Part shown: in pieces, positions 49,001-61,000 of the stretch
How positions within the stretch are numbered: the stretch's first letter is position 1
Layout: every line of letters begins with the position of its first letter
DNA from: Phoronis australis
Lineage: Eukaryota; Animalia; Phoronida
Assembly: GCA_002633005.1 (NCBI GenBank)
Contig: NMRA01000304.1
Span: 399,200-463,199 of the forward strand
Reading direction: 5' to 3'
DNA length: 64,000 nt
Program-made: the position numbers and the translations under genes
The notes under the pieces: model-generated
The model's database searches: none
What the model was told of the DNA's origin: nothing
What the model saw: only the letters and a program-made list of their open reading frames with translations

Positions 49001-52000
49001 TTATCAGCGTAAGATCTACATATGTAACAAGCTATTTTTATTTCATTTTTACTATTTCAGTGTATTTATAGTTCATTTTGATGCAATGATGTCTAAGCCA
49101 GTCAGTCTAACAATTGTTATTAGCCGGATAGGTATAGGGTTGTTTGCCTCTGGAACCCGCACCCCGGTTTTACAATATGAATGTGGCCTCTGGAACGTGC
49201 ACCCGGGCTATTAGTAAACAATATGAATGCACCGTGTCACTGTAACAGTAGTACTAGCGGGATACTTCTGCAGGTTTAGGCATGTACATTATCTCAGTTT
49301 ACCAGTAGTGTCTGAATTATTTTAACACAATAATTTACCATTGATTCCAAAATCTTTGAATTTTTCATTTCATTCCGTTACTTACTAACAAATCTCCTAA
49401 AATTTCGTCATGAAAATAAGCTGGGATCATAATAGTTCAAACTCAGTTGAAGTGCTTGTTCATCCATCAGGTCTTTGTAATAGGCTAGCCTATGATTTGA
49501 CTCTTCGATAATTACATAATAATTTGTTGAATAGTGCTGATGACAAATGCCAACAATGTAACATTTCTAGACTTAAACTTTCATGAAACAAGACCCCTGG
49601 GCTTAAGGATATCTCAAACCTTATTCACAAAAAATGGACATTTTTATGAATATTTCACGTCTAGTAAAATACCTTAACTTCATTCTCGGGGAACTTATAA
49701 TTTACAAAATATTTACTGCGTAGCGAGAAAAAAAAGATTTAACAGAACCACCATGGAACTGCACAACCATGTAGATAGTTGTTTACTACTTATCCGAGGT
49801 CAAAGGTTAAAGGGCTTTCAAGCAAATCGAATCTCACTCTCAACAGAACAGCTTAATGTATGCCCTCAGTCCTTTCATTCACAAAACCGCCATAACATAG
49901 AGTAAACGAGGTGTACTTATGGTGGAATGGTGCCGGGGAAAATGAAGACTAAACATAGTTTTTATCCTAAGGGAGTTGTGGGTCTACATGCATACGACCG
50001 TTGGCGTTGAGAATGAATGCTTACGGTCGCCTCAGGCCTCTGCGGTCATTAACACTGAGTGAAAAGAGATAAATCCTCACCCTATTTCCTTCATTCAATT
50101 ATTGAATTGACATTTCAATGTTTCGATCTCATGCTAACGACATGCTTTAACCACCGATTCGAATTTTGTTATTTGGGCCATTTCTTACTTGGTTTAGTAT
50201 CAGTCTCCCAGCACGTGATGTGTACAGGCTATGTGTATAATAATGAACTGTGACCTATTTATATAAAAGTAGGTCAAATGTGTCGTAAACAATAGTAACT
50301 GGGAACAGTATGTTTTAATGATAGTTTGATAATTAAGTTAATTACGCATGCAAAGTCAGTTGACTTTGTGAATGAATGTTGAAATAGCGAACATATTTAA
50401 GGCTTGTATAGGTTACGTGTACCGAAAATAAGTTTTCACCAAATAATTAACCGAAAACTTTGAGATTTTCACTCGTCACAGTTTAATCGGCTTTTTCTCG
50501 GCCTCTGCAAATCGACTTTATTTGAACTTAGGAACATGAGTTCTCGAAAACGGCTTGGTGGATTTCGTTGAAACTTTTCAAATTCAATATTTAGTCATCT
50601 GAGTCTCAAAAACGCTGTTAGGATTTTCGATATAAGTGCCTATTTTTTGCGTAATGTAACAAAGACGAATACAATTTCCATTTTTTATAAAGATACCTTA
50701 CGTTTTGCGAGTTGATTTGTCATAGAAACCAAACGTAAGGACTAATCGAAAATTCACAAAAGCATTTTTGAGGTAACTGGTGAAGTTTTCATTTAAAGAA
50801 AGTTTCATTAAAATCGACGTAGGGGTTATTTTGCTATGAATGTACCTTTCTTAAAAATAAAGTTTTGACTTAAAAAAGGTTTTTATGTAAAAATGATAAT
50901 GATACATTAATACAAAAAGTATTTTCATATTCCCTAATCTTTTTATTTCAGAAAATATATAGTAAATATATAGACAGTAATGAAATATATCAAATAAACA
51001 CAGAAAAATCAGGAACCCCAACTGAAATTGAACCACAGATCTCTAGATTGCCGGTCTAGTGCTCTCACCTCACCTGACTGAGCTACCGAGGACCCGATAT
51101 CTGTGCAATTACTGTTTCAGCCAACTGTTAAGTCATACATCCCATGAGTGGCGTTTCGCCTTTTTCACATGGGATTTAGACAATTATATATACAATCAGC
51201 AAATAACAGTATATGTTAATTAGATATAGTAAATATGATTGGCAATCGAATATCACATTTTAAATTTGTTTGCCCATCAATGGTTTAGTTGTTCATGCCG
51301 TACTTGATTTTGATATTAACCTTCGCCTCCAGGTTAAAAGCTAATGTTTTACTTTATGATTTGATGAAAATTTAGAAATTTTGGCAACACAGTATCTAAA
51401 AACAGCTTCTTAGACTCAAATGAAACAGACATTATGCTACCACGGACATTGTTCTCCAGACAAAATGGGCTAGTTTTTGAATGAAGATATCATCAACTTA
51501 ATTGAGGCTGTAATTAATTAGTTTTATTAAAATATCTGTTTTCAGCTGAAAAGCCCCTAAAAATGACATTTTGAAAACTAATTTTGAGATCTGTTCATGA
51601 ATTTATATATGAAATGAAATTTGGCCATGCCTTGTTATTCCTGCAACATTGTTTCTTTGTGTTAAGTAGAAAATTCTACAATCTTTCTATTTTCAGAAAA
51701 CATGTACCTTTGCTTGTGGAATTTTGCAGAAAATTTGACTAAAAGCACATGCTTCCTGGTGAGGTTGTTCACCAGAAATTATCACATTTTAGTATGCAAG
51801 TTAGTTGTTTCACCATAATAGCAACAGTTGTGAATGACCTCTTGACCTGAGTTCCCTGAAAGTCAGTTAATTATCTTCTGCTGAGCTGGACAATAGGTCA
51901 CTCACCATTCGGAGTAATAAAGGGGCACTAACTACACTTGGGGCAATAAAGTGTGCCTTAAACTGGCTGAATTTCACTGAGGTTTGCTGCGATATGCTAA

Positions 52001-55000
52001 CTGTAACTAACGTCAGATCTGTTTTTGATATTGGCAGAGTTAGAATCTAGCATAAATATATCCACCAACCTTCAAAAAATTGCGGAGGCAGAATTAGTAG
52101 AAAATAAAATCACACACCCTTAAATGCGGTAGCCAGGGACAAATTTGGTCTTGTACTGTATATGAAAATGTACTTCTTAAATATTTTTTATTGCTTTATG
52201 TGCTTCGCTTTGAGCAACTGTCCATTTGGGAGTTATTCTTTATCATTATCAACTAATATCCCTTTTATTTTCTTAAAATGATTGCAATAATCGTTTTCCA
52301 TTTCAGCTGCTGCAAGTCCAATAGATTCAGAAGTTCACAGTCGTGAAAAACGGAATATTAAACTATCCTATGACAGACTGAAATGCAATCCAGGGGATGT
52401 AAGTTGACTTTTTGCGAGTTCATCAAATGATATCACACCGAATAGGAATAACATTTGTCTTCAACAGTTTTGTTTCTGTCAGATTTGCTTTACCTAAAAC
52501 AAGCAAGCTTGTTCAGTGACAACATATTTACAGAAATAACAGTTTCAAGTGTTTTGTATTGATAAAGTACAGAAAATAGCAAATTGATATGTTGTCTTTA
52601 CGTAAATATTATGCAATGATGGAGCTGCATGCTGTCAGGTTGATAATAGGATTTTTACTTAAATGTTGTTTAGCCACCATTTGTTCTATTTCACATTTTT
52701 GTTAGGCTGTACAAAGGTCATTAAGCTGTGAGAAAAAATGAACTAATGAGGGGGATTTTTTTCAACATTTGAGTCCATGTTAATTGTGCTAATTCTCTGT
52801 AATATTGGGTGGCTATTTATACTGATGTCGCGTAATTGTCCCAAGGTTACAGCCTGTCAAGGACCTGACAGTGCTATGTAGCTGCTGTTACATGAGAGTC
52901 ACAGTAATGTCACCATGTCAGTTCTCACAGGACGACTTGCCGCAAGTGACGTCCTGTGAGAACTGACTAAAGTGACTTTAGTCGCATTTACACGACATTA
53001 GATCGCAAACTGGATCAGCATCTGAGTTACTTACACAACGACTGTCTGCGCATAAACAATGGGGATTATCATACAAACCACGTGAAATGTCTGCTGATCG
53101 CCCGAATACTGCTCCAGCGCATTGAAAGATGATCCCTTTCTGCCCTGCCCCAGTTGTGTTTAGACATGTAATCCCTCCCTCCCTCCCTCCCTCNCTCCCC
53201 CCTCTCTCCCTCCCTCTCTGACTCTTCAATTGTCTGTGCTGTCTTGCCTTTGATTGAATGCCAAGGCACCAAAGGTCAAGTTGAACTGAAATAGATTAGT
53301 CCTTGGAGACTGGATGACCTTGTAGCAATGAGTGCTTACCTGTTCTTATTATCTGATGTCCAAGTGACATCCTGTTTGCATGTTGTACACTGTTCAACAG
53401 TTATACTGAAACAGATTTTCAAATGATTTGATGGATGTGAAATCTGATTTTTTGCTTTAATTCACAGCGCAGCACTGAAAAGCACTGAACAGTTTGGGGC
53501 TAAAGCCCCCCTCAGCCCCCTGTGGTGCATTGCCTATTGACCATGTGCAGCGTAGCACTGAAAAAAGTGGGGGGGCTACAGCCCCCCCAGCCCCCTATGG
53601 TGCGCCGCCCATGTGTACTGTTGGAAAATATTCCGAAAATTTGCCTATGGACGTACTTCTGGGTGGACCTATTGTTGAATATTCTTGGTGTAAATAAAAC
53701 TACCGCGCATCTACACTCATACGCTGAAATAGTTGTTTTAAGTTAACAGTGTTTACACTTTTTCTTATAGACCCAGCCTCCAACCCGAGTGGACACATTA
53801 GAACGAGTTGAAAACCTGAGGGCTACGTTTTCTAACGTGACCCTAACTGGAGGCCTGGCTATCTCTGCATATATCATACCAACAAATGATGCACACCAGG
53901 TGAGCCACTATCTACAAATACTGTCAAACCTCACCAATTAGATCCTTTTTCCCAAAAGCTTCCAACACTGTTGTAGGTGCCCAATTAGTTTTTCAAAATA
54001 GTGTCTGTTGGGAGCTGCAGTACACAACTTGAAAATGGCAAAGCATTTTTGGTACTATGTATCATTCACGTCATATTGTGTTCTAAATTGCTAAGATTTT
54101 AGTATTTAGCACACAATGACGGACATGTGGCATTTTGTTTTGTCGTATTACTCGATGAAAGTTCAGCATTAAGAATTTTTTAGTTTTTTGTTAAGTATTG
54201 TACAGTCGCTTTCATAACTAGATATGTAGAAATTCTTCACTTTAAAACGCAACATGTGTCATATCAGTGAAATTTTATTTTGTAAAATTTCAGAACTAAA
54301 ATAATTATTAAGAAAATCTTTTTTATGTTTGGAGCACCTGTAGCAATGCAATTAAACTGTTGAAAAATAGAAAAGTCGTTGGTCATTCCAAGCCATGATG
54401 GTATAGAATTTAAAACTGATATAGCATTGGGTGCAACTCATCTTTCATTAAAAAATAAAATTTCACTTGTCCGCCAATTAATGGGTCTTAAATTGATAAC
54501 AATTTACCATATCACTGTAATCAAATTTGTGTATTCGGCTTTGAACTGACTCATCAAAAACCATGGCAAACAGAAAACAGTATTTCATGCATGTGTGTTG
54601 CCAGTATAGTACCAAAAAGAAAAAACTGTATTTCCATTGTGTTCCATACAAAATGAATATATAACACAAGGAATAAATGACTCGTAATTTCATACAAGAT
54701 ACTGTAAACATATGGGTTAATGTCCATGCTCATGTGAACACAAATCTCCCGTGTCAGTGAACTTGCCTTTCAACAAAATTCTGATCACAACCAGTTTTAT
54801 CCTCATTCTTTCAGGCACATCTTCTATTGTGATTATCATAAGGGTGGGTGGTGCCTGTAATTAGTTCTAGCACACTAGTGGCTCCCTGTTTGCCACAGCA
54901 CCAATGCCCATTCAGCCAAACTCATAAATATTGATAAGCTCACTTTGATATGTGATCCCACAGTGAAGTCTTTGTCGTGCCCCGAACTTTGCTGGAGACT

Positions 55001-58000
55001 GTGGGGTGAGGGATGGGAGTTTTCTGTCCACTCGCTTGTAAATAGTGTTTGCAGTTGCCTAATGTCTATTGACAATTTCTGACTATCCTTAACATAACTT
55101 TATGTTCTTGCATTCAGAGTGAATATGTGTCTGACCATGACCAAAGACGAGTGTATATTTCTGGCTTCTCTGGTTCAGCAGGTATGTAATGAATTGTAAA
55201 CATACCATGTGCTTCACAAACTGATTTGCTAATCTACTTCATCAATTCTGAGGGTTACATTCGCTTCTTTTATTTTTATGCTGTGGCTGCTTTAAGCCTG
55301 TCATTGCCCGCCACTCCAAAAAGCAAGTTGCAGTTTACGGAGCTTTCTGGTGCCCTCAAGTGGCTTAAATGTTTTTTCGTTCTGTTGTTTAAATGTAATC
55401 AAGTCGTTACCTGTGATGTAATGGGATGAACAGCCGACAATAATGTCCCACAAGGCATTTGAAAATTTACAGTATCACAGCTAAGAATTGAAGATTTGAC
55501 TTGCTGTAGATAAAAAATGTGAATTGTGACTCAGTTTAAGAACTGAAAAGTGTACTCATGACTGTCATCTACTGATTGTAGGCGTGGCTGTCGTGTTGGC
55601 CAATGGATCGGCAGCACTCTGGACTGATGGGCGGTACTTCTTACAGGCTGATGAGCAGCTAAGCTGTAACTGGATTCTGATGAAGTCAGGTAGATAATAA
55701 AAGTGTTTTTGTTTACTCATTACAAATATATCCCTCTTGGACAGTTTTAACTCCAGATGAAAACAGTTTCCAAGGTCAGATCAGCGTTCTCAGGATACTT
55801 TGCCGGTTAGAGCTCAAAGTGAAGTTATTTACCACATCCCGTGGTTAATGAAACAAAAATGAATGGACATCGTTTTTTGGCTGATATTTATCACATTTTT
55901 TTGGAAAAAAACAAGTCCAACTTAACTTTTCATAGAGAATTTGATTTCAGTGGTCAAACTGGTAAAATCGCGTTTTAGTCCACAGAGATTAATTTATTTC
56001 AGCCATTGTTTTATTGCCTTGAAGTCATCTCTAATACAGTAATTGTCCTACCCACACAAAAGAAGCTGTATAAGTGGTCCTGATATCATGGATTCTGTCT
56101 ACTATGATCTGTGTACAGATCTATTGACAAAATACACGAGGGGGAGCCATGGCACGGGGCCAAGTTTCTAATGTGGGGATCCTGAAGTTCCCAATAACAC
56201 TGCTTTGGAGAAATATTGTACACTGATGGGACCATTGTTGAATAGACTATGTCTGTGACTGAAATTCCTGAGATTGGGCACTGTCAAAATAACACAACAT
56301 TTACAGGCCAAATATTAGTAATGAATCCAGGCACCCTTTTGCTATTCAACATGCTATGAACATTCCCACTAAATAAAATTGGTTCTAACCCCAGTGGTTA
56401 AGGTAAACGGCGGGGTATGGAAAATTGAACTAGACCGTATTTATCCACCTTGGCTGAGTCGCACTCGGCTCACGATCAAAGGGATGCCGCCAGGCTGCTC
56501 TAGCCATCGAGTCACGAGCGAGGATAATTGGCTTCGCTCATGCGGATATGATCAGCTGATTACAATCTAGCTAGCAGACTGTACTTTTTATGGTGAGAGT
56601 TTTACGTAGTTTTTACTGTAATATTTGAAAAGAGGAGCGAAAACAAATATGAGTACAACTTTGAATTTTTCAAATCGGCCCAGGATAAGAGATTTTGCAA
56701 CACAGCAACACTCACGATTACTTTCATTCGGCGCGCACTAATACAAAAATATAGGACCCAAGTTATTTAGATTTTGGAACACATGNGTAGTTCCAGAGGT
56801 GGCTTATCAGCCAATTATTCACGCATGCTGACTCACAATAGAAGCCTGATAAGAGTGAAGGTGGATAAATGCGGTGTTCCTACAGTTTCTTGTTTTAGTG
56901 GATGTGTTCACGACATGATACAATTCCACCTGTCGGTTAATTATACTTGTCAGTGCAATAACAGTGATGTTGTGGAAAACCTGTTTGTTTGCTGTTGGTC
57001 TCATTAGAATTGACATTGGCATGTCAAGCTATTCAGCCTACTGACCAAAAGTTATTGTTCCATATCCTTGGTTTAATAATTTCCCATACCACAAGTACTT
57101 GTTCAAGACATGAAAACCTCCCTTCAGACAACAGTGGTTTCCAATGTAGGCTAAATCTATTTACCTGTATTCATTTTATTGTAATTGTACTAGTCATAAT
57201 AAATGACCTTATATCGCCTACCTCGGTCTCCTTTTCATCTCTGGTAATGAGCTTGCGACTCACATACCATTTATCTATTATGCGGGACATATGTCGATCA
57301 TAAATCTAGATATCACTCTAGTCCACTGTTAAGCGTTCACGCATTTTTTGCGACTCGCAAGGCAAATATCTACCATGATTCAGAGTTACTAAAATTTTCA
57401 CCAACAGCTATCAGCAGAAACCTAACGGTTCTATTTTGCCTTGGCTTGTAAGAATGTTCTTGGCATAATTCTTCATGAGGAGTTCAATTTTGGAAACCAT
57501 GCAGTTAGAAAAATAATCCGTAATAGTACATCAATTTATTTCAGCCAGTGTTTTGTCATAAAATCATCGTTAATGTGGTAATTGTTTTGCTCCACTCAAA
57601 ATTAGGCCTTAGACCAACTTTCTTGTACAAGATGCTGTGAACTATTTGGATTTGAACATTGTTGGGGGGAAAAGCATGTTGTATAGTTGAATAGACAATG
57701 CATTAATGGATTTTTATTTCCTTTGTCATTTATTATGTGGTGTTATTTGTCTTCTGATTGTATTTTTCATATCACTGAACATTGTAAAATATTGTTTGTG
57801 GTTATTTATCATTTCTTAATTTTTTAGATTTGTCTCTTTCCTTTTCTTATTTTTATTTGATAGTTTATTTTTCACTGTGAAATTTCTTCTATACGCCTTA
57901 AATATTTTTGATACAAATACATTTTGTTCTTCACGTATTTTCGACAAAAATGTCATTTTTGGCTAACTTGAAATGGATGCTTACCTCATTTTCATAAGTT

Positions 58001-61000
58001 GTATCATGGTTAGTAAAGACTAAAATTTTCTTGCGTTGGTTTTTGTTGAGGGGGAAGTATCAATGGTGTGCACAGTTTCACGCTAAATTGGCGCAGAATT
58101 GTTCTCAGAGAAGCTGTGGTGGAGAGACCTTTGCCATCAACAACTGAAATTCAGGGTGAACCCCTACCATCTTATTTGAAGTTATGATTAACTCAGAGTA
58201 TGTAAACATGTCTGGTTGGCAATACACTGACTTGGTTACACTGTAAGTGTCAGACAAGTGAGGGCTAATCTTCTTATCTGACCAAATCACACCTTGAACT
58301 TCTGCACTTGGGCGCCTCAAACTGTATGCATTCAGCTGTGTAGTACAAGGCATGCACTAGCACTAGTGGTTTTATGATACACCACCAAAGACTTATTCAA
58401 AAGCTCAATAAACAATGCATACTTTATCTTTATTCCATGTTAGAATGTGCATTTTGTCGTGTACACGTTGAGATGTTAAAACATATTTTATATTGAGTGA
58501 TTTTCCTACACGGTAATTGTTCTTTCATATGCATTACCTAAAATCTGAATGATTTCATTTTTTCTTTTGAAATTTTTCACGTAAAGGTACATTTGTTTCA
58601 AACTACCTGCAAACTAACGCAATGAACCCTGCTGTACCGCCATCCAGTTCAAGTTCATTCACTGGAATTTGTTGTCCGGAACCTTCTGCTTGTAAATTGC
58701 TTTCTGCTTGACATTTATGCACCCAGGTCTGTACTGTGTCATAATTGAATTAGGGGCAACACCATGATCCAGACAGAAGTTGCATAACCCAAAAGACTAT
58801 TTTGGCTTCAGGAATAAAACCAGGCAATGCTATTGGTCATAGTCATTGACAGCTAGCTGCACTCCAGAAATCATTAATTTGACTATACAGCTGCTCTGAG
58901 GGAGAGATTCTCTGAAATTTGAAAGAACAATGCCACAACTTTCACTAGTTTTACACTAACAAAGCTAGTGTCTGCATTGACAATGTTTGTTCTTGACCCC
59001 CCCCCCACACATGTGTGACCCATTTTACATAGTTCCACATGAATTCCACTAATATTCACTCATCATAACTTTTTACTTATTTTTAACAACAACCCTAATT
59101 GAAGGCCATGCTGTAAAACCTTGGCATACCAATAATTTGTGTGTATTAAAGTCAATAAATGAAATTAATTCTAATTTTAGTATTGCAATAAGTGTTACAT
59201 TATTGTTGTTATATTTTTATTTTTGTTGTTATCAATCTGTTATCAATTATTATTACGGTTATAATATTTGTTGTTATTATTATTGTCATTAGTACTATCA
59301 TATCGTTGTTTGGTTGACTAGGGCTGTCTGGGGTGCCATCCTTAACTGAGTGGCTGAGAGAAATGTTGCCACAGAATTCATTTGTTGGTGCCAATCCAAG
59401 TCTATTAACTGTGGGTAAGTTATTGCATGGACTTATTTAGTTCTCTGTTTTGCTTCTAAAATTAGCAACAATATTAAGAAAACAATCCCGAATCACATTA
59501 ACTGTTTTACCATACCTTTTCTGTTTATAATATGAGGAGAGTGTTTTATGTAAGTTCCATTAAACTGACCTGCCTGTGTTCCGGTGTGAAGCCAACATTA
59601 AAACAATGATTGTGGGAAGATAATGAAAGAAAACAAAGGCTCTTTATGTAGTGAGTGAATGTGATGAATACTTTTTGTTATTTTGGCAAAAATGATAACT
59701 ATGTTGTCATTTTCGTTGCCCCATATGTATATATGTGGCCGCATTTAATGCCCTCATCCACGTCAGTGTTCGTCAGGCGTTTGACATCTCTCATGTCCCC
59801 TAATCCCCTTAATGGGATGGATGCTCATGAAATTTTGTAGGCAAAAATGTTCCTTTATTAGACAGGTTTGTGTACCGTTGCGCATCCTGTTGGCAATTTT
59901 ATTTTTTTTATGTTTACCTCTGTTACTTCAGAAACTCTCATTGTATTTTCATGAAATATGACATATTGGTATCTATTGAAAAGGCAATGTCTTGACGAAT
60001 TTTGCACCACCTAGTGGACATTTTTATTATTTTGGAGTCTGTTTTTCACGTCCACCTCTGTTTCTGCTAAACTGCTTGAAGAATAATTACGGTATGAAAA
60101 CTGGCAGCTATATTTCTACCAAGAAGGCTTCTGGGGAGGTTTAAAGTTTTGAAATGAGCTTGCCCACAGTGGCGACACCTAGGGGCCGTATCTCCTTAAC
60201 GCCTTGTAGGATCTTTGTGAAATTTCGGATGTACACTGTGGGTGTATATCAACAGTCTGCGTTGCTGTTGATTTATTTGTCAAAAGTTTGCAACATTGCT
60301 TTGAATGTTATGACCACATTTTGTTTGAGAACAGCTGCTGTGCTTATCACTCAAAAGAAAATTTTTTCTTGAAATTTCAATGTTTTATGGTGAGAAATTT
60401 CATCAAATGAAATTCCAGTTGTCCATACCATGCCGTATCTTACTTAATGTTGTGTTGGACCCTATGAAAATGAACAAAATTTGGTTGACTTCGGAACTTC
60501 CTATCAGATATGGCTGATCAGATTCATGTGAAACGTTGAGATACTATTTATGCGCCGTTCTCAAAAACGCTGCTAGGAATTGTTTTTATAGTGTTCCATT
60601 TTTGCATTAAAAAATAGACTTTCGTGATTTTCATGAAAACTGAAATTGCAATAAACGAAAACAAAATAATGTTTCAGAAAACTGTAACAGCGTTTTTGTT
60701 GTATCTTTATACCAGTTATATCAAATAAAATTTGATTACATGTCATTGTTTTGCTGTGCTTGTTCCTTTCACTTTTTCTATATTTTACTAAAAAGACATG
60801 GTCACGTGACCCAATTAATGACAGATTGATAAAAGTCAAAAATAAATTCTACAGGCTTCGTACTTTCACAAAATATATACCTTTACCGAGTTAACATCTA
60901 TAGTTTTCTAAATAGTTTGCTGAATGCACACACAGGTTGCTAAGGCCCTCATATAACTTAAAGTCGGTTGCTAAGGCCCTCATATAACTTTAAGTCGAAG

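Noticed and set aside
43018-52306. Nested protein-coding gene in the 9.3-kb peptidase intron
   Set aside because: I could not assemble a coherent exon chain or recognise a protein; the content is mostly repeat fragments.
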